64,000 nucleotides of DNA from Eledone cirrhosa (lineage: Eukaryota). The stretch spans positions 279,496,001 through 279,560,000 of the forward strand of contig OZ024742.1 of NCBI GenBank assembly GCA_964016885.1. Reading direction: 5' to 3'. Made by a program: the position numbers and the translations under genes. A model generated the notes under the pieces. That model had not been told where the DNA came from, ran no database searches, and worked only from the letters and a program-made list of their open reading frames with translations. Shown piece after piece: positions 10,320 to 24,199 of this stretch. Each line of letters starts with the position of its first letter. The stretch's first letter is position 1.

Positions 10320-10889
10320 GCTCACTGTTTCAAAAACATACTTACCTATATATATATAAATATAGTGTGCTTCTACTGTGTGTGTGTGGATGTCTTTGTG
10401 AATAACGATAATATGTGTATTTGTTCATATACGAGATTTTGAATTTCCTGTTTCTTTCTTTCCCTACATGTGTACACAACTATGTATGAAAGTCCCTGTC
10501 CATTTTATAGGAATGACCGTGGGTATGCTCAAATATGTTCTACATCTATTTAGATTACGCAAATTTGAAAAATAATCGAAGTCCCTTACTGAAAGAAGAA
10601 AGAATTGAAGTTAATGGTTAATAAATAAATGCCTGTGTGCTGTGGTGTATACAGATATTTAGGCGAAGGTTGCAATGGAAGAGAGAACGAAAGGCTGAAA
10701 CAATAAAAAAAATGTATGCAAGTAAAGTAATCGACTAAAGCAACGCAGACATGCCCCCCCCCCACACACACACACACACACCCACACACCCACACACACA
10801 TACATACACATACATATAAATATATTCATAGACACGCGCACATATATATCTGCATACAAAGAATCAAATATATATATATATATATATGT

Positions 10890-11100
10890 AAAGTTATATT
10901 TAAAATTGTTGGGTTACAACTAGTAAATATTTATAACTGATATAAAAGCACTCGACAAATATTTGGAGTATATTTACAATATTAAATAAATGGAAAACTA
11001 TATTTATAAAACCATATTTATTTCATTATATATATTTCGGGGATATCATATTAACAATATGCTATGCCTTCATCAGACAAAATACAATATAAACAGTTTT
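10890..11100 (-). mobile_element. Solo pLTR-like repeat of the 5984-6300 family carrying an HHR (11019-11084)
   Basis: Reverse complement TATTTTGT-CTGATGA-aggcatagCATATTgttAATATGatatcccc-GAAA-tatata-TA-ATGAAATA. Flanks match 5930-6040 and 62661-62995. Confidence 0.7.
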
Positions 11101-11543
11101 ATAGATAAATAGATAAATAGATTCGACATACCGTAATAACACCGACTTCATTTGAAGAGGTTTACGCTGGCAGTGAAAAAATTTTATACAGAGAGAAAGA
11201 AAGAGAGAAAAAAGAAAGAAAGACAAAACGAAGAAAAGGAAGAAAAAGAAGAAAAAGAAAAAGAAGAAATGCATGGAACAAAATAGAGAGATGGAAAGAT
11301 AGATAAAGCGAAGAACTTCATGTAAAGAAACAGAAAGAGACATATATATATAGAGAGAGAGGAAATAACTTGACTGTCACCACATATTATGAACCTGAAG
11401 ATTGCGAAAGCATGAAAGTACTTGTTCAATTAACACTTAACATTTAATATTCTATTATACTATTTCATTATAATACCATTATAAATTTTAAAGGATTGTA
11501 AATAAAAAGAGTAAATCAGACAAAGTTGGAATTCGTTTTGTAA

Positions 11544-11937
<394 letters not shown>

Positions 11938-12249
11938 TTAATTATGTATTTTATTCATTTATGTTTGTGTAGAGAAAGGGAGAGAGAGAGAGAATGAGTG
12001 GGGAAGAGACAAAAAGTCTCGTGAACTACATATGGCATGTAAAAAAAAACGTGATCATGTGGAGAGGAAAGAATATCCTCAGAATTTGATGATGGACTGT
12101 TCCCTTTGGTGTTCAAATAGTGCGAAGCACGGAAGGGGGTGGATTGTTGTAGGTGCGCAGATCAAATAATAATATATAATAATGTAATATAATATAAGAC
12201 ACACACATTCACACACCTACACACCCATACAGCCAAACAGCCCCCAACA

Positions 12250-12255
12250 CACCAT

Positions 12256-12287
<32 letters not shown>

Positions 12288-12289
12288 GC

Positions 12290-12320
<31 letters not shown>

Positions 12321-12336
12321 CATACATGTATATGTA

Positions 12337-12382
<46 letters not shown>

Positions 12383-12383
12383 A

Positions 12384-12430
<47 letters not shown>

Positions 12431-12445
12431 TACACATACACACAA

Positions 12446-12536
<91 letters not shown>

Positions 12537-12540
12537 TGCA
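12250..12540. repeat. Compound (CA)n/(TA)n microsatellite
   Basis: Direct inspection. Confidence 0.95.
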
Positions 12541-13209
12541 CATAGAGATAAGAATATTTCCCTGTGTAGATGTTTATTTAAAATCTGGTATGAAATATTT
12601 TAATGTGTTTGTATCTATATAAAAAATGGTTGATTTTTTGAAATGATTTTCTTTCAAACAAACACTTTTTTTCCTTGTGTGTGATTATTTTTTCCTCACT
12701 TATTTTTTCCGAGACAAAATCTTATCTATTTTTATTCCTAAACATCAAATAATTGAAATAATCGGCCTAAAATGTTTTGATCTTATATACTAAATAGATG
12801 GTGTAAGCTCGAATATTTCATAAGCATCCAATTATTTTTGTAAAGAGTATATTTTTTTCAAAGAGAAATAATTCTATACAATTCTTTTTAAGAATAATAT
12901 CACATTCAACATTCAACATTCTCTATGATAATATTTCCTTAATTTTTCTCAATTTTTACTTTTATATCATTACTTATTTATTTATTATTGTTACTTTATT
13001 TATTATTGTTACTTTACTGATTTATATATTTATTTATATATTTATTTATTTATTTATTTGATTTAATAATCCTCTTGTATATAATATACTTCTCTCCAAT
13101 ATGGAAGTGACAATAGTTTAGCACCCACTCTGGCAACAATCTCCTATCTATTTGGCTGTCTATCTATCTATCTATATTTTTAAAGATATCTATATATCTA
13201 TTTATCTAT

Positions 13210-13277
<68 letters not shown>

Positions 13278-13460
13278 TGGAAAAAATGAAATTTCATTTC
13301 TCACTCTTAGTACGTCTGTTACTCATGTTTTCCATTTATCGTTTTCGGTACGCCCGGCCGACTAACTCACTCGATATGCAAATTGGGCTGCTCAGCCGTT
13401 AATATGTATAAGGAAAGTATATACTTTCAAACGTTCAATCGACTGACAGGAAGGTATACT

Positions 13461-13497
13461 GTGCTGATGACAGCTAATAAGCTAGAAACTAGTTCAT
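13461..13497 (+). ncRNA. Minimal hammerhead motif in a short pLTR-like remnant (about 13275-13625) between (TA)n tracts
   Basis: GTG-CTGATGA-cAGCTaataAGCTa-GAAA-CTAG-TT-CAT; weak stem I. Confidence 0.5.
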
Positions 13498-13620
13498 CGT
13501 TCCTTTATCAGTGTTGAACAAAAGAGCAACGATGGTTGCCGACCACTGTACGGCTAATAATTCGGGCTGTTTCTTTACAAACAAAGTGAGCATTATAATA
13601 AATGTTCGGTAAGACCATAC

Positions 13621-13671
<51 letters not shown>

Positions 13672-13787
13672 CGACTTTGTATGTATATACATACTATAGT
13701 ACGTGTGTATACATATTCGTATGTACGTATACATACTTATATTCATACTTATATTCATATACTTATATATGCCTATCTATATTTCTT

Positions 13788-13894
<107 letters not shown>

Positions 13895-14119
13895 CTGTAT
13901 ATGTAAGTGTGTATGTGTACTTGTGTGTGTATATATATATATATACACGCACACTTCTGTCATGAGATGATGATTAACCAGGATTATGTATGCAATACTC
14001 TTATCAGTAAACGTGAGGCAATTCAATTCAAGCTCTCAACATCATGTGTAACCTTCCAAGTGTGATTTGGTATACGATGACCGAGTGAGTAAACGTAGAA
14101 TAATTATAACACAAATAGA

Positions 14120-14126
14120 TCTTCTT

Positions 14127-14207
<81 letters not shown>

Positions 14208-14219
14208 GTTATTGTTATT
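14120..14219. repeat. (CTT)n + (ATT)n microsatellite
   Basis: Direct inspection; flanks the 3' end of the Dong-like element. Confidence 0.95.
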
Positions 14220-15821
14220 CCTTGAATCTCAGTCATTGATGTTGGTTAACTGGAAAGTCCGTTGGATTGAATATCAAGCCACTACCTGCAGCCTCAGATA
14301 TTCAGGACGTATCGGAGGGTTCTTGCCGTTCCAAGCAAGCATGCCTTTTGAAGCGTTCCAAAAAGCGTGAAGGGGCCGATTTTCTTTAACCATCCCTGGA
14401 AACCTTTGGAGATAGTCCCCAGTGCGCCTATGACAATCGGGATCACTTTGACTTCATGGCAGTTCCAAATCCTTTTCACCTCCCACTTTAGGTCCTGGTA
14501 TCGGTTAATTTTCTCCCTCTCCTTCTCTTGCACTCTCGTGTCGAACGGGCAGGCCACATCCACAATCAGGCACGATCTTTTTTCTTTGTCCACAACCACC
14601 AGGTCAGGTCTATTGTGTTCCAGTTTTTTGTCCGTCTGTATCCTAAAATCCCACAGCACCTTCACCTGACTGTTCTCCATCACCGCCTCTGGCCTATGCT
14701 CATACCATTTCTCAGAATGTGGTAGATTGTTTACTTTGCACAGGTGCCAGTGGATCACCCTGCCCATCACATCGTGTCTCCAGCCCTTATAGTGGGTCTG
14801 GGCTAGGTGTTTACACTCGGACACAATGTGAGCCACAGTCTCCTCTCTCTCTCCACAGATCCTGCACAGTGGGCTAGCCTCCTCCTTGTAGATATGGTGC
14901 TTCAACCACTTCGTTTTGAGGGCCTGCTCCTGCGCAGCCATTAGCATTCCTTCTGTAGCCTTTTTGAGGTCTCCTCTTCTCAACCAGTTCCATGTCTGTG
15001 GATCTCTAAATTCAGTTTTCTCAAAGAAGGTACTATGAAGGGATTTTCCCTTAAGGCTGCTCTTCCTCCTTGATGTTATTTCCTCCTTGGGTATCCCCTG
15101 GCCTACTCTCCCCTCCTTCAGTACAGCTCTGAGCATTGGCTCCTTACTATAGGTCACGTATTTGTATAGGTTGTTTTTCTCCATCTGAACACAGTCCTCT
15201 ATGCTGATAAGACCTCTTCCACCCTCAGATCTCCTTAGGTAGAGTCTATCGACATCACTCCTCTTGTGGAACATGTTGTAGATAGTCAATAGCTTCCTAG
15301 TCTTCCTATCCATTTCTTTTTGTTCAGCAACATTCCATCTCAGAATTCCCGCACTGTACCTAATAATAGACACAGCTCGGGAATTTACTGCGCTTATGGC
15401 ATTTCTGCTGTTCAGATGTGACTTCAATACGCTCCTTACTCTCCGAATGTATTCAGTTCTTAACAATTCCTTCATTTTTTTGTTCTTTATGCCATCAGCC
15501 TCCAGAACGCCCAAATACTTGTATCCTTCCTCAGAGTCAATTTCCTTTATCATCTCACCTGTTGGTATCTGGATCCCGTTACTTCTGCTCAACCTACCCC
15601 TCCTCATCACAATGACTCCACATTTACCAATACCAAACTGCATACATATATCACTGCTGAAAATACGGACAGTGTCAACAAGCACATCCAACTCCTTCTC
15701 ACTTTTCCCGAAGAGCTTAAGATCGTCCATGAAGAGGAGGTGATTGATGGTAAGCTCTCCCCTTCCCAACTTGTATCCTGCTCTCACTTTTCGCAGCATA
15801 ATGGTCAAGGGCATCAGGGCA

Positions 15822-15822
<1 letters not shown>
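14220..15822 (-). mobile_element. R4/Dong-clade non-LTR retrotransposon, family A, 5'-truncated (open ORF 14294-15814)
   Basis: HLLFMDDLKLF RT motif, CCHC CRICGEREETVAHIVSEC, RHD, restriction-like endonuclease RPDLVVVD...IVDVACP...EKINRY, terminal LGTARTLR. (TAA)n on both sides. Confidence 0.88.
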
Positions 15823-15876
<54 letters not shown>

Positions 15877-15877
<1 letters not shown>

Positions 15878-18386
15878 TGCATTTATCTTGCTTTATGTTT
15901 ATACGAGTTATCACCAAGTCACAACCAGTGACCTCAAGAGACAACAAGGTTCGCCATGTTCAAGAAAGAACACACATATTCACACATGCATCCTTAGTGT
16001 TTAGACTTGTGATATACTTATATTGACAGGATCTTCCTTAGTATATGGGCAGTTCCCATTAGTACTATCTTTTGTATTTCTCCTATACGCGGGTTTCCTG
16101 GGATTTGCGATAAGTAGTCGTTAGACCCCTTAGGTATCATTCCCAGAGCGCCTACAACCACTGGTATTGTTTTAGTTCTCAATTTCCACATTTTTCCAAT
16201 TTCTATCTCCAGGTCCTTATACTTGCTCAATTTTTCAAATGTTTTTATAGATACATTCTTGTCTATTGGAACAGACATATCAATTAGCAGGCATACCCTC
16301 CTTTGAAAGTCCTTCAATATTATATCAGGTCTATTTGCATCTATTTTTCGGTCTGTTTGGATGCTAAAGTTCCACAAGATTGAGATGTGATCTTTTTCAA
16401 GTATGGGAGGTGGTTGATGCTCCCACCAATTCTTTTGATGGGGCAGGTCAAAATGCTTACACATTATCCAATGTATGTATTGTGCAGCTCTGTCATGCCT
16501 GTTGTTTAGGTATTCAGTTGGAGCTATAGGACTGCACATTGAAATTATATGGTCAATGGTCTCTGGTTGTTTTTTGCATACACGGCATAATGGGCTGCAT
16601 CCATTTTTTGTTATGTTGGCTTGGTAATTTTTTGTTGGCAGACACTGATCTTGTGTTGATATAATCAGTCCTTCAGTCTCCGATTTCAGTCCAGAGGATT
16701 CCAACCACTGATGGGTTAAAGTTTTGTCAACATCAGGATTGTTAGCTCGCTCTGGGTATTTTCCATACAGAGGCTTTTCTTGCCATTTCTTAGCCAGTTT
16801 CTGTAGCAGTCCTTTCTTTGCAGTTACTTTTACCTGCTTTGCTTTTTCTGTGTTTTCCATTTCAGCAGTAAATGGGACTTCTGAAATTTGTAGTCCATTA
16901 CTGTATATTTGTGCATCTTTTGTAATGGAATATGATCTTTTGATGCTTTCGTGTTTCAAAACGAGTTTGATCATCCAATCATGTGTTTCCCTTAGATATG
17001 TAGATAATCCAATTGTTGCAGTTTTCAACGCAATGTCTAACTGGATTAACCCACGTCCTCCTTCTTTCCTAGGGAGATATATTCTATCTATATCTGCCTT
17101 AGGGTGATGCATTCTGTGCATGGTTAATAATTTTCGAATTTTTGTATCGAGCCTACGGATCTCTGTGCTTGACCAGTTGATGACATTGTAACTGAAGGTT
17201 ACTACTGGTATGGCAAGCGTGTTTATGGCATCGATCCTATTCCTTGCATTCAATTACGTTCTTAAGATTGCTCTTACTCTGCGGTAACATTCCTTCCTTA
17301 TCCTTTCCCTCATTGTCGAGTGCTTGATTCCGTCTCCTTCACAAACACCTAGATATTTGTAAGTTTTTTCTTGATCAAGTTCTCTTATCACGTTCCCCCG
17401 ATCAAGATTAATGTCTGAACTCTTCAGCAGCTTTCCTCTGGTGAACGTTGCTTTGGCGCATTTATCTACTCCAAACTCCATTTTAATGTCATCACTGAAC
17501 TGCTCCGCAGTGGATAATAGACCTTGCAATTGTTCATCATTTTTTGCAAATAGTTTCAGGTCATCCATGTAGAACAAGTGATTAATGGTTTTGTCATAGA
17601 CTTTATATCCATGTTTTGTTTCGTTGAGCATTTTACTTAATGGTATATAGTGCGATGCAGAATAAAAGCGGTGATAAAGAATCACCCTGAAAAATTCCAC
17701 AATTAATATTAACTTCTCCAGCTTCCAGTGATTTTGTTTCACTATTCAAAAGGAGTGTCGTTTTCCATGTCCTCATACTGAATGACAAAAACCTCCTGAT
17801 ACGGGGGATATTTTGAAAATCTCTAAACATTTTTCAATCCAACTGTGTGGCAAACTATCGAATGCTTTTTTTATAATCTATCCAAGCAATCGATAGATTT
17901 TTGTGTCTATTATGACAATCTTCCAGTATCATTTCGTTAATCAAAAGCTGATCCTTACAGCCATATGAGCCTCCTTTACACCCTTTCTGCTCAATGGGAA
18001 ATAGGTCATTTGTTATCAGGTGGTCATATGTGTATTCAGTTAGGACTGATGTTAAAATTTCATACATTGTGGTCAAGCAAGTTATCGGTCTGTAATTTTT
18101 GGGATTGTTTGTCTCATCATTCTTCGGAAGCAGGAACGTAATGCCGTTAACTAGCCATGATAGTATCTGTTCTGGCTCCTTAACTATTTCATTGTAAAGT
18201 TGGGCTAACAGCTCATGAGACTCTGTGAAGGCATTTATCCAAACGTTTTGTATTTTGTCTTTTCCTGGGGATTTCCATTTGCTGGTTTTTCTTAGAGCCA
18301 AGCGCAACTGTTCAACTGTTATATTTTCCCATATTTGTTCCTCAAGGTGAGCTGTATCTTTCATTTGTCTGTCTATCCATGGGGCA
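15877..18386 (-). mobile_element. R4/Dong-clade non-LTR retrotransposon, family B, 5'-truncated and frameshifted
   Basis: ORF pieces 17855-18385, 17254-17830 and 16018-17253 carry NYRPITCL, GIFQGDSLSPLLF, HLFYMDDLK, CRVC..ETIDHII..C, RPDII..D and LMGTAHILRKIL. (TAA)n on both sides. Confidence 0.88.
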
Positions 18387-18392
18387 TTATTA

Positions 18393-18436
<44 letters not shown>

Positions 18437-18649
18437 GAATGCCATGGTTGACGGAGGCTCGGCTCTGTAAGGTATAGTAATTTTTAACCGTTAAAACAAT
18501 TGTAAATTGTTTAAAACTTGAACCAAATTGTTGATAAAGACACCCTCCTCCTCGTGAGAGGGGTCTTTCTGTCCGTTATTTGGCCCTTCGGGGTTAAATA
18601 ACCAGTTATTGGGGTTTTGTACCCAAAATTTCATTTTAAACAAAAAAAC

Positions 18650-20746
18650 ATGGCTACGAAAAAGAAATTTCATACGTCACTCCCACTCATTCCGTCTTCT
18701 TCTTCCTCAATCATCACTACAGCAGAGAGAAGATTGTCTCTCTCCCTCCCTTCTTTAAATGTGTCTCTCTCCCTCCCTTCTCTTTCGCAAGCGACGAAAG
18801 AAAAGAAAAGTCTCGTGCAAAGCGTGCAAGGTTTCTCCACGACGACGACGACAGCGACGAAACAGGTGTGCGGGAAATACGAAAACCCAGTTCATTCGTC
18901 TGACGTCAGGAATAATAGCAGTAGCAGCCGTAATAACAACAGCAACAGTGACAATGAAAACAACAGTAGCAGCCGCAACAGCATCACCAGCAGCATAAAC
19001 AACAACAGCATTAGCAGCAGCAACACCAACAACAACCACAGCAACAGCGGCGGAGGCAGTAGTCGTAGTACCTGCAGCAACAACAAAAGTACCAGCAGCT
19101 CTGACGACAACAACAACAGCAGAGAAAAACCAATCTCATTTGCAGGTATTGCGAAAAACTTGGAAACAATCCTCATAACAAATGAGGAATTAGAGGAAGC
19201 GAAGAAGATGGTGACAAAGAACGGACACCGAGCAATCTGCAAGGCAGCGAAAAATTTTTTCGAAACCCAAGAGCACTGTACGGTCACGTACCGTACAGTA
19301 AGTACAAAATCCCGTAGGGTGGAAAGAGCCACAGAGGCCCAAATACAAAAAGCCTTGGGGTCTGTGTGGCAGAGGAAAACGCACATCACCCGAGGCAAAA
19401 AATACGCCACCGTAGACGTACTTTTTGCCACACCCCAGGAGGCAAAGGCCCAATCAGTAGTGACCCTAAGGAGCGAGGAAATGGTGTTGGTGCCCTCCTA
19501 CTGCGGGCAAAAAATTGTGAGGGTCAAACTGACCCACGTCCCCCCCGGAATGACCCCTTCTTGGCTGGCCGCGTCTGTCCTCGTCGGAATCGAGGACAAA
19601 ACAACTGTACTGCAAGTACAGAAAAAAGTAAGAGAAGATTGGGTCGGCTCCTCCATTGAGATGCTAATCCAAACCAACCAGGAGTGCATCGAAGCTATCC
19701 CGGATGTGATAGACTTCGATAACGGCACTCAACTGCCCATAAGTGTTGAGGGCAAACGCCCGAAATGCTTTCGCTGTGGATCGAAGACTCACCTCAGGGC
19801 CTTCTGCAACGAGAAGACCCTGAGAAAGGAGAAAACCCCCCTCCTTCCGAATCCGGCTCCACGGCTACCAGCAACAGGACAAGCGGCAACCAGGAACGAT
19901 AGGTCCGTGGCACCCATACCCACTCCACGGAAATCAAAGACAGCAGCAGCAGTGGAAATATTAACAACAACAACAGCAATACCAAATGCAGCTGCAACAG
20001 AGACTCCAGTGCAAACATCACCAACAACAACAAGTGAAAGAGTGGAGCTGGTACCCCTCCCCGACCTTACAGAATCAGACATGGAGTGTGAGGTGGGAGA
20101 GGGATGGCAAAAGGTCGTGAGAAGGCACAAACGCAGAAGCAGCGCATCGTCGCCTTTGAAAAGGGAGGAAAGAAATGAGAAAAGGGTAAAGTCTACTGCA
20201 AAGAGACCCACAGCAGCAACACCACCAACACCATCACCACCCACACCAGCACCACCATCACCACCGGCGACAACCCCACCGCCAACAACACCTTCAACAC
20301 CACCACCACAAGCACCAACATCGCAAACACAACAACAAAACACACACACCCAGCAACAACGACAAGAAAATAGCAGAACCACACCCCACCCCCAGAAAAA
20401 CAAATGCACGGCAATAAACACACACAACAAGAAACTAATGACTTACATAATTGAACACACAGACATTTCACAACAGGACTACATAATACCAGCACCAATC
20501 AAAACGCCAACTAACATAAGACTGCTAAAAATAGCACAGAAACAATACACAAACATTAAAACGAAATTCCCCAACGCAGTTGGTGATTTCAGGGACCTAG
20601 GAGGAACCATTAATCGAAGAGTATATTCAGACATTCTCTTAGAAGAGCCGACGACCAGCCGAAGGGACGATTCAACGGTCCCTTCACCAGACAATCAAGT
20701 GAAAAGGGATGTAAAAACCATCCCTCCTCTACCAAAAGTACGGTAA
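18650..20746 (+). CDS. LINE ORF1 nucleic-acid-binding protein (698 aa; CCHC knuckle, N/S- and P/T-rich tracts)
   Basis: ATG at 18650; CFRCGSKTHLRAFC zinc knuckle; same 698-aa ORF in copy 3 (40376-42472). Confidence 0.85.
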   Translation: MATKKKFHTSLPLIPSSSSSIITTAERRLSLSLPSLNVSLSLPSLSQATKEKKSLVQSVQGFSTTTTTATKQVCGKYENPVHSSDVRNNSSSSRNNNSNSDNENNSSSRNSITSSINNNSISSSNTNNNHSNSGGGSSRSTCSNNKSTSSSDDNNNSREKPISFAGIAKNLETILITNEELEEAKKMVTKNGHRAICKAAKNFFETQEHCTVTYRTVSTKSRRVERATEAQIQKALGSVWQRKTHITRGKKYATVDVLFATPQEAKAQSVVTLRSEEMVLVPSYCGQKIVRVKLTHVPPGMTPSWLAASVLVGIEDKTTVLQVQKKVREDWVGSSIEMLIQTNQECIEAIPDVIDFDNGTQLPISVEGKRPKCFRCGSKTHLRAFCNEKTLRKEKTPLLPNPAPRLPATGQAATRNDRSVAPIPTPRKSKTAAAVEILTTTTAIPNAAATETPVQTSPTTTSERVELVPLPDLTESDMECEVGEGWQKVVRRHKRRSSASSPLKREERNEKRVKSTAKRPTAATPPTPSPPTPAPPSPPATTPPPTTPSTPPPQAPTSQTQQQNTHTQQQRQENSRTTPHPQKNKCTAINTHNKKLMTYIIEHTDISQQDYIIPAPIKTPTNIRLLKIAQKQYTNIKTKFPNAVGDFRDLGGTINRRVYSDILLEEPTTSRRDDSTVPSPDNQVKRDVKTIPPLPKVR

Positions 20747-20781
20747 GTGGTCTTTCCCATCTTTTCCACTCTATTTTAAAC

Positions 20782-23700
20782 ATGACCTCACTCAGAATAG
20801 GCAGCATAAATGCGCGTGGCTTGGGGTCGTCATGGAAGCAGGGTCACCTGCTCAACGACCTCAGGTCACTAAACATAGATGTAGTGGCCATCAGCGAGAC
20901 CAGAATCTCCGAAGCACGGGCCTTCGCACCGATCTTCGGCGGCTACGATGTGTACGCATCTCCCAGCCGTCCTGGATCGGGTGGAGGAGTTGCTGTGCTT
21001 TTTCGGAGAGGTTTGGATCTCGCCATACGGGCCATCTTCCTGGACCCAGAGGGTAAGCTGGTGGTGCTGGACGTGACCAGCGGAGACGGGCAAGCTTTCA
21101 GGCTAGTGGCCGTCTATGCCCCGACAGGAGCAGGGCGGCCTGATTTCTTCCGGCGTCTGGAGACCTTTCTTGGAACGTCCCGCTCTTTAGTGTTAGTGGG
21201 CGACTGGAACGGGATCTTAGATGCACGCTGGGACTGTGTGGGATTAGCGGATAGGGGTGGAGGGTGCAAGAGCCTCACCAACCTGCTCAGGCGTTTTGAA
21301 CTGTCTGACAGGTACCGATTGGATTTCCCGAATGTGCCAATGTGGACTTGGACAAACCGCATAGGGTCATCCAGATCATATCTAGATAGAGTATTTTGTA
21401 GGGAAATAGATAGGTCTAGCATAGGCTGTCCACAATCCAAGATAGTCAGCTACACGGACCACAAATTCGTGACCTGTGTGCTTGACTTAGATAGGCTTCA
21501 TAGACGAGGACCCGGCTACTGGAAGCTAAACGCGTCCTTACCAGCGCGCAAGGCCTACAGAGACCGGATTAGCGAACTAGTTAAGCGGGCGTTGACGGGG
21601 GCCATCGTCAACAACAAGTGGTGGTTTGCTCTGAAAAGAGCGATTAGAATAGAATCGATTAGGTTTAGTAAGGCTTTAGCAATAGAGAAAAATAGAGCAG
21701 AGGGAGAACTAGTTAGAAAATTAGACGAGGCGCTTAGCAAAGGCATTGCGACCGACGTGCTTGCGGCGAAATTGGCCCTTGACCAATTCTTCAATGCAAA
21801 GCACGAAGGCTGCGTTGTCAGAGCTAGGGTGCGTGCTCTCAGACACGAGGGGACGAAAGCCGTTCAATGGGCCCGAGTGGCGGAGGCGCGTCGTGGCAAC
21901 AAAGCCACGATCCGGTCTTTGGTGGACCACGACGGGCGCATGCTACTCGATCCCGGGCAAATGTGTGAAGCTTTTCAGCGACACTTCGCTCAGCTGTTCG
22001 GGGGCAGCGGGGGGCCGGGTAGAGGGATGGACTTTAGTGTCTACCTCGACGGACTGCCGCGGCTCTCGGCCACTGACGAGGTGTTGCGAAAAGCCGATAA
22101 CAGCCGCTGAAGTACGGGAGGCAATGACTGGCTGCACAAGGGGTAAATCGCCTGGTTTGGATGGTCTGCCCTATGAACTTTACGTACAGATGCCAGACTT
22201 GTTCGGAGGCCTCTTGGCGGACGTCTACTGCAACTGGCAACAGAACGGGAGAATTCCCAGTTCTGTGAGCCGAGGAGCGGTGGCACTGCTGAGAAAGGAT
22301 CCGAACAAGGGGGATAACATAGACAATTTCCGGCCCATAACTCTGCTAAACACAGAGTTTAAGATTTTGGCCAAGGTGCTAGCAAAGAGGTTGGCGCTTG
22401 TCGTTGGTGGTCTGGTGGGAGAGGCGCAGACATGCGCCATTCCCGACAGATCCATCCACGACAACCTCCACCTCATGCGATACATCGTAGAGAGGGTAGC
22501 TAGGGAACCTGGCACGGGTGGGTCCTTGATCAATTTAGATCAGTCGAAAGCTTTCGATAGGGTCGACCATCGTTACCTAGCGGCAGTCCTGAGGGCGGCT
22601 GGCTTTGGGCCCGTCTTCAGAGGCTGGATCGCTGCCATGCACAGCGACATCTGCTCTGTGGTGAGAGTGAACGGTCACCTGTCGGAACCGTTCAACATCA
22701 TGCGCTCGGTCCGCCAAGGATGTCCCCTCTCGTCCCTCTTGTACGTATTGACTCTCGAGCCATTACTGCACAAACTGGAGACGTTGAGGGGAGTCCCGCG
22801 CGAACTAGGATGCGGAAGATCCGTGTCAGCATATGCGGACGATGTCACCGTAGTGGTGTCGAACGCCAAACACATCGAGGCGATCGGCACTACACTAAGA
22901 GAATACGAAGCGGTGACAGGAGCAATGATCAACCAGGAAAAGTCAGTGGGACTGCAGCTCGGCACCTGGAGAGGCAGGTCCATGCCGTCCAACAGCGTCG
23001 TCGGGCGCTGGACGGACGGACCGGTTAAATTGCTAGGGGTCTGGTTCGGTCCGGACCTCCAGACGGACAAAAACTGGGACGAGGTGACGAGCAGGGTGGC
23101 TTCTCTCACCCAGAAATGGGCGGAGAGGAAGCTATCCCTGAAAGGTCGAGCGGAGGTGGCTAACGCGTACATCGCGTCTGTCATCTGCTACCGCCTAACC
23201 GTCGTACCTTGTCCTAAGCCTCGCCTGACTGCGCTGGAGCGTTTGCTCTTTCGCTTTTTGTGGAAGGGACGTGCTCCGATGGTCAGGCGGTCCATCTGTT
23301 GTCAACACCCGCTACGTGGAGGGCTGGGCATGCCGTGGCTGATGATGCGCAGGCACGCGCTCAGGCTAAGACATCTCCACCTCTTCCTCGGCGGTGATCA
23401 GGTGTGGTCGCCGTTTGCTAGACACGTCTTTCCCCAGCTTGTCTCCTTGACGGAGCTGCAGTCCTGGGCCAAGCGAAGACCGAGAGGGATCGCTTGGAGA
23501 CTGGAATGTTTTCAGGCGCTCACAGCCCTCGACCAATCGGGCAATGTGATCGGTGGAAAACCCCACCTTGGCGTTCTATAGAGGATTAGTGGAGGGGAAT
23601 AGCGACGACGTACTTGGAGAAAATCTAGGCGTCGACGAAAATCAACTAGCCAATCTCTTCGGAAGGACTTTTTGGCCGGGGCCTATGGACAACTTCCAGA

Positions 23701-24199
23701 AATCCCTGGCCTGGCAGTGCTACCAGGGACCTTTGCCAGTTCAGGATAAACTCTACAGTCATGGAGGTGCCGTCAGCCGGGCATGTACGAGATGCGCGCA
23801 GGGCGATGAAACCGTCCTGCACGCACTCGTCCAGTGTCCGAGCATTGCTGACTTGTGGGTTTATGTCGAACACCTGCTGTCACATGTAGGACGGATCCAG
23901 CTATCAGCTGAGTCCATCGTGAGGATTTCCCGCCCTCTTCCTCTAGCCGGGAAGGGCAGGCAGTTTTTATCTGCCTGGTGGCCATGGCGAAAGAGATAGT
24001 ATGGTGGACACGTTTGAAAGGGCTGAAGACGAGCACTTACCTCTTCGGTGATGCCCTGATTAACTTTTTCAAATTTCATTTGAAAAGGAAAATCAGGGTA
24101 GAGAGGGAAGTGCTCTCTTCCCAGCATTTTGTTGAAAGATGGTTGAGAGAAGCAAGTATGGCCCGAGTGAATGGGCCTACTCTGAGTATGTGTTTGTAA
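20782..24199 (+). pseudogene. LINE ORF2 (APE endonuclease-RT-zinc finger) with frameshifts near 22075, 23560 and 23930
   Basis: GSINARGL, ISETR, GDWN, SYLDR, TDH; GLDGLP, FRPITLLN, DQSKAFDRV, SVRQGCPLS, AYADDV; CTRC..ETVLHALVQC. Split over ORFs 20782, 21746, 23553 and 23978. Confidence 0.9.

Noticed and set aside
10338-10347. ATACTTACCT matching the U1 snRNA 5' end
   Set aside because: It is followed by (TA)n, with no U1 body.
18536-18610. HDV-like ribozyme in the Tx1 5' UTR (CTCCTCGTG resembles loop L3)
   Set aside because: I could not build the P1/P2/P1.1 nested pseudoknot; the sequence folds as a simple hairpin.
18755-23566. Antisense and overlapping ORFs inside the Tx1 elements (for example 19789-20430, 22675-23184)
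   Set aside because: Expected shadows of low-complexity or GC-rich coding sequence; their recurrence only reflects copy identity.
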